In this document: positions 39,230-52,626 of the stretch, piece after piece
How the letters are laid out: every line of letters begins with the position of its first letter
Numbering within the stretch: the stretch's first letter is position 1
From: Octopus vulgaris
Lineage: Eukaryota
Length of the DNA stretch: 64,000 nt
Direction of reading: 5' to 3'
Assembly (NCBI GenBank): GCA_951406725.2
Contig: OX597824.1
Coordinates: forward strand, 77,562,001-77,626,000
Made by a program: the position numbers and the translations under genes
The notes under the pieces: model-generated
What the model was told of the DNA's origin: nothing
Database searches by the model: none
Seen by the model: only the letters and a program-made list of their open reading frames with translations

Positions 39230-41551
39230 ACACGTGCGCAGTTAGTCAGTTGCTTCCTGTTGAGCCAGAGTGGACGTGAGTTAACCAGCTCCGTCCAATT
39301 ATAGAAAAAAGACCAAAAACAGAAAGTTGTCGAGGTGAGTGATTTTGTTTATTGTGAGTTGGGCATAATTTATTGCGTGCTAATTATAATTTCAGTAAGT
39401 TGTGTCCAACTCTGAGACAATTTCGCCTGCTCTCGGCGGCTGCTTTGTTTTTGTGTTTATTGGGAAAAAAAAAAACAGTTGAGGGGCGTATCCTCGGAAC
39501 CCAATACAGTTACTGTTAAAATTACCGTTGGCGGTAGCCAGTGCTGTGTTTGGGTTTGTTGAATTTATTCCCTTGTCAGAGTACTTCGCAAGAAAATTAT
39601 AAGAATAAGCCACTTTTGGATTACCTTTCGGACCCATTTTTGTGGAGGTTGTGTTCCAGTTGCGGCGTTCCAGGTTCAACTCAGGCCGGGAGTACCGTAA
39701 GGCCAGAAGATTTTTGCTTTTTTTTTCTGTTTATTAACTTTCTTTTGAACTTCATTTAACCCCCCCTTTTGTTTTTTTGTTTATTGCGACTTTCCGTCGA
39801 TTTCTTCCCTTCTGTTGTGCTTTCTCCTTTTTGTTTTTTCAAAAATCTATCAAATTTTATTTGGACTTTTGAACTTTTTTCTTCTCGCTTTTTAAGTTTA
39901 ATTTGAATATATTTAAAAAAAAACAAAACAAAAAACATGGCAATGAAAAATGACAACATTTTGGAATGGGAGATCATACCGCCTAAAAAGTGGTTAAAAG
40001 ACGGTGGTGTTGAGAACCTACTCCAAGGCACTCGACACCATCGCCCTATTCGAAAAGACGGCAATTGAAAAGGAGTTGGCAGAGTATTTGCCAACAATTA
40101 AATTCATTTCCAGGGATGTCAAATATGCAACGGTGTGGTTGCTATTTGACACCCCTGAAGAGGCTTGCAAATTTGCTAGTAAACCCCTGGAGGGTAAGGA
40201 AATTTTATTCCTGCTCACGTACCAAAAAAAGAGACTGACGAAAGCTTGGATTTGCGGGCTGCCACCCGGGATAAAACCCGAGTGGATAGAGGAGACTATC
40301 CGCCGGTGTCTGGGTGGCAGCGAAACTAAGCTCCTTAATGTGAAAGTTCTACCTGCGGCTGCTTGAGTTGGGTCAAAAGCAATTTTGACCCTTTGGACCC
40401 AATCAGCCAATCTGGTTCTTCCAGATTTTTTGAAAATGGCCGGGTGCAGGTACCCGGTGATGCTTGAGGGTCGCCCCCCTAAGTGTCATCGGTGCTTGGA
40501 GTCCGGCCATATAAAGAAGAACTGTCCCCGGGAACAAAATAGGATCCCGGAACAGTTAAGTGAAACCCCTGTAGAAGAGGGAATGAAAACGGCCGAGGAA
40601 GCGGAGGACTCCTCAAACAGAGTCCGAAAGAGGAAGGTGAGCAACAATGGGTGCTCACTAAAGGATACTAGGGATGAGGAGGGAAAGGCGAATCTTCCGG
40701 CCACGGAGGAGACGCACCCTCCCTCAGCTGAAAAGAAAAAAAGAAAAAGAGGAAGAGAAACGGGACATTACCGGCTGTCGGTGACATGGCACCGGAATGT
40801 CCCGGAACTACGTCGGTTGGGGTTGTGCCACCGACAGGAGAAGAAATACCGTTGGCGGGAACTGTGCCGCCAACGAAAGAATTGAATATCCCGCACCCGA
40901 GCAAAAACGAGGTATTGATCCTCTTCCATAGAGGCGGAGAGATTGAAAAGGTGATGGAAAAGCACAACAAGGGAGCACCTTTAGCTTTCACACAGGACCC
41001 CGAATGGTCTCCGCAGGTAGCTGTGGAGACCGTGGCGTTCGACGTGACGCTTGGGCTGAAGGAGCTCAATGAGGATTATAGCTTAGTCCCGGGCGACGTT
41101 AACTCGGAACTCGATTACGTTCTGAGGGAGGCGTGATGGATGGTGAAGGATGCGGGCACAAGTTATTTCGAGGACGAGTCAAATTGTGATACAACTTGAG
41201 GGGCCCCGACCTAGAACTGGCGCATTCCTAAGGGAAGTGTAAGCCAGGTCTGGGAGGAGGGGCTTTGTGTATTGTATTTATATATGTAATTATTGAACTA
41301 TGTTGTTATTAGTAATGGACTGTTAAGTCCAAAATTGAAAATTTGTAAAAAATGTAAGAGGTTTGATACCTCGTTTTGTGTTTGTTTTTAAAAGAACAAT
41401 GTTTTAGAGAAGCAGAAGTCGGCGGGCGCTTCTTGTCTTCTCCCATCCCCATCATCTTTCTTTCATTATCATTCATTTCATTAATGTCCTCGTCCAGCCC
41501 GCAAAGCTAACTTACTCTATGTACTGCCTTTATGGCAAATGCTATGAAATA
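39230..41551 (+). mobile_element. ORF1-only L1/Tx1-like non-LTR element (HAL1-like)
   Basis: Perfect 15-bp TSD aagtagcttgctaac (39215-39229 / 41552-41566); ~700-bp leader; one disrupted gag-like ORF; 3' end gaaataaa; no RT or endonuclease sequence seen. Confidence 0.8.
39937..41199 (+). pseudogene. Disrupted ORF1/gag-like protein with CCHC zinc knuckle
   Basis: ORFs 40004-40366 and 40385-40885 are in frame across one stop; I.GLPP.I..EWI (RRM-like) then EGRPPKCHRCLESGHIKKNCP (CX2CX4HX4C); frameshifts near 40000 and 40740. Confidence 0.8.
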
Positions 41552-42649
41552 AAGTAGCTTGCTAACCAACCACATGGTTCCAGGTTCAGTCTCACTGCGT
41601 GGCATCTTGGGCAAGTGTCTTCTGCTATAGCCCCGGGCTGACCAATGCCTTGTGAGTGGATTTGGTAGACGGAAACTGAAAGAAGCCCGTCGTATATATG
41701 TATATATATATACATATATGTGTGTGTGTGTGTGTTTGTCCCCCTAGCATTGCTTGACAACCGATGCTGGTGTGTTTACGTCCCCGTCATTTAGCGGTTC
41801 GGCAAAAGAGACCGATAGAATAAGTACTGGGCTTACAAAGAATAAGTCCCGGGATCGATTTGCTCGACTAAAGGCGGTGCTCCAGCATGGCCGCAGTCAA
41901 ATGACTGAAACAAGTATAAGAGTAAAAGAGTAAAAGAGATATGCGTGTATGTGTGTTTGTATATATGTATATATATGTGCGTATATATGATTATACATCT
42001 GTATATATATGTACAGCCATGTACACACATATGCATACGACATATTCATACATACACGAGATTTTATAAATTTGAATGGCGGTTAAGTGCCTTTAGGTAC
42101 TGGTCAACTTGTAATTTTGAATAGTTGTTTTTAGATATGATTTTTTAAACATTTGAACAGCGACAAAGTGCCTTATTGTTGTCGGTAAATGTATCTTTTC
42201 GATAATAATCTCATAATTTATTGAGATGTAATTTGTAATTTTCAATAAGAAATATATTTCATTAATTCTTGCTTCTTCAGCGGTCTTGTCAGAATAAAAG
42301 TACTTATAAGGAAAAGTATAATCTTTTTGTCTGGGAAGAAGACAGTACCCACGACCCTTTACAAGGTTTCCAAAAGCTGGTGAAAAGGAAGGAGAAAAGT
42401 AATCTATTACCAGATATATGGTCTAAATGCTTGCAACAGAGTGCAATCCGTTACAAACATCCAAAGTTCCGAGTGGTATGGTTAAGTCAAGTCACGAGTT
42501 ACATCTACCACCAATTACTCATGAATCCAACAGCTCACTTATGAATATTTCTCCGATACAAGCAAATTCTTATTTGCTGAAATTTAGCCTTGGTAAAGAA
42601 TAATTGTAGGGATATTTGTTTATCCTTGTTTATCCAGAGTCATTGAAGA

Positions 42650-43150
42650 TGCTTCGGGGTGCTTCAAAATTGGAAGTACGCCCTTGGAAGACGATGAGCG
42701 ATCTAGAAGACCTGCCACAAGAGACTATCAGGGCCAAACCATCAATAGAGAGGTCTATTACAACGTTTTCAAGCGTGTGAGGGTGAAAATTTGGCGAAAG
42801 CGTCCAGATCAGTTGGAGTGCGAAGAATTGGATTCTTCCCGACGTGAATGCACCCTGGTACCGAGTTTTCCTCGTTCTTTAGTTTCTCGTCAAAAACAAC
42901 ATGGTATCACTTCCCCACCCGCTCTATTTGCCAGGTTTAGCACCTGCAGACTTCCATCCCTTCTCCAAGATGAAAATGCAGCTCAAAGGTCACCGTTTTA
43001 ACACCGTTGTTGCGATCCAGAGCGAATCGCAGAAGGTCTTCGACTTGCTAATACAAAACGACTTCCAGGCCAGATTCCAAAAGTGGCAAGGAGGCTACGG
43101 TCGGCGTATTGCTGTGCAAGATGGCTATTTCGAGAAGATGATGTCAGAAC
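42650..43150 (+). mobile_element. Mariner transposase relic with large internal deletion
   Basis: LEDDERSRRP joined directly to GQTINREVY..RKRP; PHPLYLPGLAPADFHPFSKMKMQLKGHRF. Confidence 0.85.
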
Positions 43151-43360
43151 ATAGATAAATAAGTTATCTTTTATTAACAACTAGTCTTTGCCTGATTCGT
43201 TCTTTATGTTATTGGTTATTTATTAACCAACCATAACAAAGTCATGGCCTTTAAAAAACGATAGATGACCTATTAGATTATGTGACTGACCGTAACCCCC
43301 TGTCCACTTCCCGTAGGATTTAAGCTACTCGATAAATAAAAAATAACGGAAAATAATAAA

Positions 43361-43773
43361 GGAGTGGCTGTGTGGTAAGTAGCTTTGCTAACCAACCACA
43401 TGGTTCAGGGTTCAGTCCCACTGCGTGGCATCTTGGGCAAGTGTCTTCTGCTATAGCCCTGGGCCGACCAATGCCTTGTGAGTGGATTTGGTAGACGGAA
43501 ACTGAAAGAAGCCTGTCGTATATATGTATATATATATATATGTGTGTATGTGTATAATTGTGTGTCTGTGTTTGTCCCTCTAGCATTGCTTGACAACCAA
43601 TGCTGGTGTGTTTATGTCCCCGTTACTTAGCGGTTCGGCAAAAGAGACCGATAGAATAAGTACTGGGCTTACAAAGAATAAGTCCTTGGGTCGATTTGCT
43701 CGAATAAAGGCGGTGCTCCAGCATGGCCGCAGTCAAAATAACTGAAACAAATAAAAGAGTAAAAGAGTAAGAG
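43361..43773 (+). mobile_element. SINE family B, full length
   Basis: Matches the B consensus, (aagagt)n tail. Confidence 0.92.
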
Positions 43774-44107
43774 TATCTTGATTAATACCGGAAATGTCTT
43801 TCTTTTAGTACCAACTAATATCATAGGTATTAATATAAGTAGATTGGGGTACTTTGTCTCCTTGGTTTAAACAGCTGTAAGATATATATTATCCTATATT
43901 TTTGTGATCTACGTTATATATTTAAATAATTACTGGTATTTTTATATATTGTATATATAAAGCATATTATGCTATACATGCATGTATATTGTCATAATGG
44001 TGTGTTTTAAAGATAAATAAATTGACATAATATAATGTCTAAAAGTTGATGAATACCACCTCTTGATCCCCTCCATTTTCTTATTGCCATATATATATAT
44101 ATATATA

Positions 44108-44227
44108 TATGGTTCCGGGTTAAGTCCTACTTCGTGGTACCTTGGGCAAGTGTCTTCAGCTATAGCCTCGGGCCGACCTATACCTTGTGAGTGGATTTGG
44201 TAGACGGAAACAGAAAGAAACCCATCG

Positions 44228-44266
<39 letters not shown>

Positions 44267-44485
44267 ATGTATATGTATGTGTGTATGTGTTTGTCCCCCC
44301 CCCCCCCAACATCGCTTGACAACCGATGCTGGTGTGTTTACGTCCCCGTAACTTAGGGCTTCGGCAAGAGAGACCGATAGAATAAGTACTAGGTTTACAA
44401 AGAATAAGTCCTGGGTTCGATTTGCTCGACTACAGGTGGTGCTCCAGCATGGCCGCAGTTAAATGACTGAAACATAAAAAAAAGG
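44108..44485 (+). mobile_element. SINE family B, 5'-truncated
   Basis: Starts at atggttccgggtt. Confidence 0.88.
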
Positions 44486-44492
44486 AAATAAA

Positions 44493-44533
<41 letters not shown>

Positions 44534-44931
44534 TAGTGTATTGGGAGTCTCTTAAGTGCTTTTCCTAGTTCCGGAGTATCAGTCTGTTGTTTTCGCATGT
44601 TGTATTCCACTATTAATGAACATTAATTGATACTACCTTTCAAATAGTGTTTGTCTTTAATTATTTATGTCGTAGACGCTACGAAAGTTGCATAAAATCA
44701 CGTGTCTTAAAATAACTAATCAGCATTATGCATCCACTAATTAAAAATTACCATCATGGGTATTGTCTTCAAGCTGGTTTTTTTTTTTTTAATATAGAGC
44801 GTGAATGTAATATAGTATTAGTAATATTTGTGTTCGAAAATCGACCCGTGAAGTTAATATAACTATTTTTTTTAAAATTCTGCATATCCATTTTCAACTC
44901 TATTTCTTTATGTATCTTGTGTGGAGAAAAG

Positions 44932-44972
<41 letters not shown>

Positions 44973-45039
44973 ATATATATATATACAATCCACATACTAC
45001 AACCATTTTTTAGACGCAAACCAGAGAAACAGAGATGTG

Positions 45040-47325
45040 AAATGGAAACAAATAAACAAGTCCAACCGAAAATAATCAACCTGTCAAAGAAAATCCTGAG
45101 TTCTATACAAATCAAAATCCTAGCAAGAGGTTTAAAATTTATCCCTACCCCCCGCAGATCGAACCCAAATGAAATTAAGGACAATACTTTGGACTTCTGC
45201 CGAAAATTACGCCTCACAGAAGCTCTTTACAACTACACCACTGAAGATGACTCAATAGTGAAAGACAAAAGTGAGTACCATCCTACAACAGGTAGAAATA
45301 AAGGACTTGATGTTTTCTGTGATCACATAACTTGTTTTCTTTACAATACAATTCCAAAACAACATATAAAATCCAACCTTAATTTAAATGAATGAAAGAC
45401 CTTGTCGAGCTAAAAAATGACATAAACCTCACTATTAAAGAAGCCGACAAAGGAAGTGCGGTAGTATTGATGGATACAGAGTACTACAAAAATTTGATAC
45501 TTTCCATGTTGGAAAATAATACTTACTATGAAAAACTAACATATTACAACCCACAGAAAACACTGAAAAACTTATCCTCCTTACTCCAAACTCATGGAAA
45601 GGGTCTTACAACACATGAAATTGACTATCTATCCAATTTCAAATACAGTCCTAGTCTATTCTACGGATTACCCAAGATACATAAAAATTCACTCATTTGT
45701 GAAGCCTGCAAAGTCTCTACAAACCTATGCATTAATGTCCCTCCACCTACTGACCTCAAACTCAGACCCATCATAGCTGGCCCTTGCGAAACCCACCATT
45801 TGAGTAACTTCCTTGACATATTACACAAACCTCTTTTAAAAATATGTGAAAAGCTATATCGGGGATGACCTAGACATGCTGAACCACTTCCCGAAGACAG
45901 TAAAGGACGGAACTCTACTGGTATCTTTCGATGTGGCGAATCTATACACTAATATCCCACATGACTATGTTATAGAGACAATCACATTTTGGCTAGAAAA
46001 ATACCCAGAAGAGATCCCAGGACGAATTAACCACAATTTTATAATTGAAGCACTGAAATTCGTCCTGTTCAACAATCATTTCTTGTTCGATACGACTTAC
46101 TATCGACAGAAATGCGGAATTGCAATGGGGACCAGAGCTGCTCCAGTGATTGCAAACCTCGTAATGGGTTACCACGAACTTAAGTTATATTAATCATCAC
46201 TAGAAAAATATGGCGCCTCTTTCAATTACTACTTAAAGGAGAACTGGAAGAGATATTTAGAGGATTGCTTCATACTTTGGCAAGATAGCATGGATCAACT
46301 CCTTGATTTCAAAAGAATGCTCAACAACATACACAGCAATATACAATTTACTATGGAACACAACAGTAAGCAACTACCTTTTCTAGGTCATCTTAATTAG
46401 AATAGTTAACAACCACATAGAAACAGACATCTTTTATAAACCCACAGATTATAAACAAAACCTATTATTTAACTCCTGCCACCCCCAAACACATAAAAAT
46501 CAACATACCCTTTAACCTAGCAAAAAGAATCTGCACCATAGTTTCCGATACATACACTCGTGAACATAGACTCCTTGAACTTAGATCTACACTAACTAAA
46601 AGACACTACCCAATCTCATTAGTAAATGAAGGCATCAAAAGAGCTAAGGAAATAGATATACAAAGATTAAGGAAAACTAGCAGAAATACTAAACAAGAGT
46701 TAAAGATACTCCCGTACATCACACCTAACCCCAGAAACAACGAAGCCTTCAACATCATCACCCAAAACATTCCCATTCTCACAGCAGACAAAACAATGAA
46801 CGAAATATAAAATTATAAAAAGCAAAAAGCAACCAAAGTCACTGAAAAGAATATTAACCAGCGCTAGACTTTACCCACTAACTACTGAGTCAAAAGTGAC
46901 AAAATGTGGACGTTCTAACCGTGGAACATGCCCCCACCTTCTGGAGGGTTCAGAATTCCAATTCAAACAAGGAAAAATATTTAAGATCAAATCAAATTTC
47001 ACCTGCGCCTCAGCAAATGTAATCTATGTCATGACATGCATAGGATGTGGTAAACTCTATATTGGACAAACAGGAATTTCGCTCCGTCAAAGAATCACCA
47101 TTCACAAAGAGCAAATCCGTCACCCACAATACAGACAGTTAAAGGTGAGTGAACACATAGAAAGATGTGCTAGGAATCTTAATCCCAATTTCCAAATATT
47201 TCCCTTTTACCAACGCTCATAGAACACCACAGTGCAACAAAGGTTGAATAAAGAGGCATTTTTCATCAAAAAATTTCTCACCCAACTAAATATGAACACA
47301 GAACTCAATACAGAACGCCACTAAC
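45040..47325 (+). mobile_element. Penelope-like retroelement (RT plus GIY-YIG endonuclease), pseudogenised
   Basis: INLS..LARGLKFIPTP, IKEADKGSAVV, FYGLPKIHK, LRPII, SFDVANLYTNIP, GIAMGT, WKRYLEDCF, and NVIYVMTCIGCGKLYIGQT..RQRITIHK; several stops and frameshifts. Confidence 0.93.
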
Positions 47326-47717
47326 TCTTCAATTGAAACCACTAAACCCTATACACTACCTACATCACTCACATCTCTAATTCCAGAACTACTTACCTCC
47401 CATACAAATAATCTTTTTTCTCAGGAATTATTAGACCTGACACCGTATATTAACGGTGTTGTTCAAACGATGAATAGCCTTCGCGTAAACTATTGGTTCA
47501 TTTTGTTCTCTTACTTTATTATCATCATATAATCATCTCATATTAATGACCTTTATGACTCGTATTACTACCTCAGTCAATCTAAATGTATATATTTGTC
47601 ACTACCTGTCATAAACAGCCTTTTTCTATTTGCAATATGCATTTTCGTTGATTTTTCATATTTTACCCTTACATTTCCACGTGTATTTTATATTTTCTTT
47701 TCGTAACATATTTCTAC

Positions 47718-47759
<42 letters not shown>

Positions 47760-47791
47760 CATATACACACACATATAGATAGGTAGATATT

Positions 47792-47871
<80 letters not shown>

Positions 47872-48399
47872 AAGATAGATAAGGTTTTTTCATTTGGAAA
47901 TACCATAGATATACACATTTCGGCATACGACCTTTCACTAGTCATTTATTTAAAACGTTTTCCCCGTTTTATCTTACGTATCTATTGAAATTGTAAGTTT
48001 TCTATACTAGTTTTGGCATATGTTCCCAACAATTATCTACAATAAATTCTTCTCCGTAATCCTCAAATTTACACTTTGGCAAATAGCTTTGGTGCTATTT
48101 AATTTCATTAATATTTTGCTAACATGGTATGTCAATAGATCTTATGCAACACTGTATGTCAGAGACATATAAATGCCTTGTTCGTACATACAATATTTTC
48201 GTTGACAGAACAGAGATAAACTGGCCTAGGTTTTGTTTGTTTACATAAAATAGATCAGAAGAAATAGGCTATAAGTTTTAAGGCAAACACAAGCTCTGTT
48301 GATACAAAAATGTTTCATTTCCTGTTGTGAAATAAAGTTCAAACAGGCATAAAGAGAATATTATACTCCAGTTGAAGTTGCTTCAGCATCTTTGGTCAA

Positions 48400-48750
48400 T
48401 AAAATCTTTAGAACACACATTCAAAATTTTCCCTGGAATTTATTTCCCTTCTTTAGTTTGGCCAACTTCATCAATTCTATAAACCTCACAAAATTAAGAT
48501 CTATTACAAAAGCGTTGTACACATTTTAGAACAACCCCAAACGGTTGTTCACCGAAAGACAAATATATGGTTATTTCAGCAATGAATAATTTTGTTTTTT
48601 TAGGCTTTACATTCTCCGTAATAGCTTCACAAATTTCACTGAATTGCAAGTCTCTTGTTTCTTGGAGAGAACCGTTAGTGACAGTTTGTTAATAGCTTCT
48701 ACGACAGCCTTCGACAGAGATAAATGTGTTAACTTATGTAAAACGTTAGG
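48400..48750 (-). pseudogene. Possible highly decayed Ty3/gypsy gag fragment
   Basis: Minus strand gives ..RDLQFSEICEAITENVKPKK then FIAE in a shifted frame, resembling the gypsy gag N-terminal region; weak. Confidence 0.3.
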
Positions 48751-48854
48751 TCAGGTTTCTTTTTTTTATATATACTAGAATTGGTCGCAGAACATCGCAA
48801 TCATGTTTCAACTAAGTCGATAATACTCAGTTAATACCGCTGATACATACATAC

Positions 48855-48915
<61 letters not shown>

Positions 48916-48990
48916 CGCATATGTATATATATGTGTGTACTTATGTATGTATAAATAAATATATATATATATATATATCAATCAATATAA

Positions 48991-49487
48991 GGGTAACAAA
49001 AAATTCAAGAAAAAATTTTCTGCCATCCAGCGGTCAAGTGAGAAAATAGGAATAGTCACAGACTATATGATACATTCAACAGAATATTAAGGAATGACCC
49101 TGAGAAGGTCGTTCGACTCACTTGAAAAGAGCAGCTAAAACTCAAAACCGCAAAAAATAGTAGTAATTCTGAAACTAGAGGAAAATAAAAAACATTTATC
49201 CCCTTCAAACTTTGTACCCTGCAAGGTTTCAACATCTTCACGCAATCAAATTTAATTAAATTAAATTAAATCCGTTTACGCTTGGCTTGTCTCGTCAGCA
49301 AAGTCACCAAATGAGTCGAACGACCTTCTCAGGGTCATTCCTTAATATTTTGTTGAATGTATCATATAGTCTGTGACTATTTCTATCTTCTCACTTGACC
49401 GCTGGTGGCAGAAAATTTTTTGTGAATTTGCTACCCAGGTATCGGTTAACCGAATTATCCATAACAAGATAATTCATTCAACTACTC
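48991..49487. repeat. Fold-back element (family Z): ~125-bp inverted arms with ~190-bp spacer, between (TA)n tracts
   Basis: 48991-49120 is the reverse complement of 49312-49437; right end shared with 10235-10290. Confidence 0.85.
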
Positions 49488-49539
49488 AAATACTTATATA
49501 TATATATATATATATATATATGCGTTTGTATATGTTTGT

Positions 49540-49745
49540 TGTATATGTATTGTCCCCCTAACATCTCTTGACAACCGATGCTGATGTGTTTACGTCCCCG
49601 TCACTTAGCGGTTCGGCAAAAGAGACCGATAGAATAAGCACTAGGCTTACAAAAAATAAGCCCTGAGGTCGATTTGCTCGACTAAAGGCGGTGCTCCAGC
49701 ATGGCCACAGTCAAATGACTGAAACAAGTGAAAGAGTAAAGAGTA
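49540..49745 (+). mobile_element. SINE family B, 3' half
   Basis: ttgacaaccgatgctg...gactgaaacaagtgaaagagt. Confidence 0.88.
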
Positions 49746-50754
49746 ACTAGGCACAACGAAATCATTCGAGAAGTGACTGGGAAAGCGACACATAACGTAT
49801 TTCACGAATACATAACATTGAGAAGCCGCAATAACTGCGAAATACATATCTGTCTTTCTCATGGTCACTTCTCGGGCGATTCCGCTGCGTCTGTCTCTGA
49901 AGTATATCATGGTTTTCTTTAACAAAATATGTCTATAAAGTAATTTTTCAGGGCGAAACCACTACCTCTGGGTTTTCAACTACACACACACATTAATCAT
50001 GTTATATGGATAAAGCTTTCATCACAAAACTACTTCTATTGCATGAATCGAATTATTCTGCTAATGCAGCGCATTTGCAAACCTGTGCATAGTTTATAGA
50101 TTACGTCTATATAATACACACTCGCGGATTCAATTTTGTTCTGGAAAAGCCACGAGGACGTAATAACAACGCTGTTACTTCTGGGTTGATTTTGTTTCAC
50201 CTGGTCCAAAAGTTTATGATATTTTTTGAATCGCAATACGTCTATAAAGGAATTATTCTCGGACAAAAAACAGCAGCTTCTGGATTTCCAACTACACACA
50301 ATACATGAAACTTCTTATATTGACGAAGCTTTTATTATAAAACTGGTTCTTATTGTATCGTTCGAGTGTATTTAGGTAGCTTTAACTCTTTGCACCCAGT
50401 TTGACTTAATGCAGCGAATTCACCATGATAATGAAAACAGTACCGGAAAAAGAGTTGGGGTTTGTGACCTATGAAAACACTATTGAAACTGGTGCCCTAC
50501 ACAAATATGGCAGCAGTTTACTGACAGAACTTAGCAAGCGAGAAAGAGAAATAGAGTGTGTATAGATGGCGTGGTGGTTCTAAAGGCCGGATAGGATGTA
50601 CGTCCTTTCATTTTTGTAGGGAAATGGCATAGATATGTTTATGTATTTATATCAAAAGAAACTTCAATCTGAGAGTGGCTCTTGAAGTGAACTTGTGTTA
50701 TCTTATATTTCAGTATATTTAGCATAACACTACTTTCTATGACTATATTTCTTA

Positions 50755-51080
50755 CTCACCTCTCTCTCTCTCTCCCTCTCCCTCTCCCTTGCTCTCTCTC
50801 TCCCTCTCCCTTGATCTCTTTCTCCCTTGATCTCTTTCTCCCTCTCCCTTGCTCTCTCTCTTTCTCCCTCTCCCTTGCTCTCTCTCCCTCTCCCCTGCTC
50901 TCTCTCTCTTGCTCTCTCTCCCTCTCTCTTGCTCTCTCTCCCTCTCTCTTACTCTCTCTCTCCCTTCCTCTCTTTCTCTCCATCTCTCTTGCTCTTTCTA
51001 TCCCTCTCCCTTCCACTCTTGCTCTCTCTCGCTCTCCCTTGCTCTCGATCTCCCTCTCTCTTGCTCCCCCCTCTCTCTCA
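50755..51080. repeat. CT-rich degenerate microsatellite (polypyrimidine tract)
   Basis: Seen directly. Confidence 0.92.
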
Positions 51081-51195
51081 GTGTGACCTATTCTTCATGC
51101 ACATATACACGGCCTGTGATATGCACATATGCACACACACATATGCACACATAAATATGCACACATGCGCGCGCACACACACACACACACACATC

Positions 51196-52031
51196 CATGG
51201 TGCTGTGAATAAACTGTCGTCTAAATTACACAAAAATTAAAATAACACTGACATCTCATTTTAGCAGATATATTTACCAAAATTACATAAAAAGATCTCC
51301 AAATGCTAAAGAGTAAATTTATTCAATAAAATCGCCATTGGTTTTAACCACGGCCTTCAGATGACTTTGGAATCTCCCACAACTCTTCTGGGCAGTCTCC
51401 TTGTTTAAGTTGGCGAATGCTGTTTATCTGTTCATCTTTGGTGTTACAAGGAGTTTTTTGGTCTCTCGCTCAACTGCGCCCCACACATAATAATCAAGGG
51501 GGTTGCAGTCTGGGGAGTTAGGTGGCCAGATGTCAGGAGTGATGTGGTCACAGAAATTGTCTGACAGCCATGACTCGGTTCTCCTCCTTGTGTGGCACGG
51601 TGCAAAGTCCTGTTGACAGACATAGGGACTTTCAGCATCCACTCTCTTAACCCAGGGCACCACTACCCTCTCCAGGCACTAGATGTTGGCCTTCGTGTTG
51701 AGTATGAGGCCGTGTAGAAAGATGAATGGTGGCATAACGTCGTCATCACTACTGATCCCTCCAAACACCATGATGTTGACTGGGTGCTTGATTTTTGTTC
51801 ACTCTCGGTACAGGTCCTCAGATTGACACCCAAACACTCTGAAATGTTCGTATTGGAGTTCAGGCGCGAATGCCAAGCATGTCGTTCCCAAATTTCTGGC
51901 AGAGTGAATTGCGCATGATGCACCCAACTGACCCTACTATACTGTGTAGTTGACAAAATCAAAGAGAAACATTCGCGCACGTGCGAAATTCAAATTATAT
52001 AAAATGGTGACAATTTTCTCATCGCACCCTG
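51196..52031 (-). mobile_element. Tc1/mariner superfamily element, maT/DD37D-like, internally deleted
   Basis: YVCQQDFAPCHT..WPPNSPDCNPLDYYVWG; degenerate TIRs catggtgctgtgaataaactgtc / gacaattttctcatcgcaccctg. Confidence 0.82.
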
Positions 52032-52108
52032 CATGTATATGGAAGTATATTAAGTATAGATGTATATATACATGCATGTGTGTATATACATATGTATATA
52101 TATATTTA

Positions 52109-52203
<95 letters not shown>

Positions 52204-52580
52204 AGAGATGCATATATATGTGTGTGTGTGTATGAATATATGTAAATATATATGCATATGCGTGTGGATATGCGCGTGCATGTTTGCTTATATATATATA
52301 TATATATACATATATATATTCATTTATATATACATGCATATATGCATATACACACATGCATACACCTACGTATATTCATAGCCTGAGAGAAAGGAAAACC
52401 GAGTTGAAGAGAGAGAGAATGAGAGAGAGAGAGAGAGAGAGAGTTATTCGAAGAGAATGACACATACACATACATACATACATACATACGTACATACGCA
52501 CACACATTATCACACAGACACACACACATACATACATCTTTATAGTATATACATTTGTGCTATTTTTGCTGTTCTCACAG

Positions 52581-52626
52581 GAAAAGTACAACACCAGATA
52601 TTAGTCTCCCGGGGTTACAAGATCCG
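52581..52626 (+). CDS. Candidate 46-nt internal exon of an unidentified host gene
   Basis: tttttgctgttctcacAG acceptor, GTGAGA donor, open frame KSTTPDISLPGLQDP; no homology recognised. Confidence 0.3.

Larger units (their letters stand above)
39193..41937 (+). mobile_element. SINE family B interrupted by a 2.3-kb insertion
   Basis: Head 39193-39229; body resumes 41552-41937. Confidence 0.9.
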
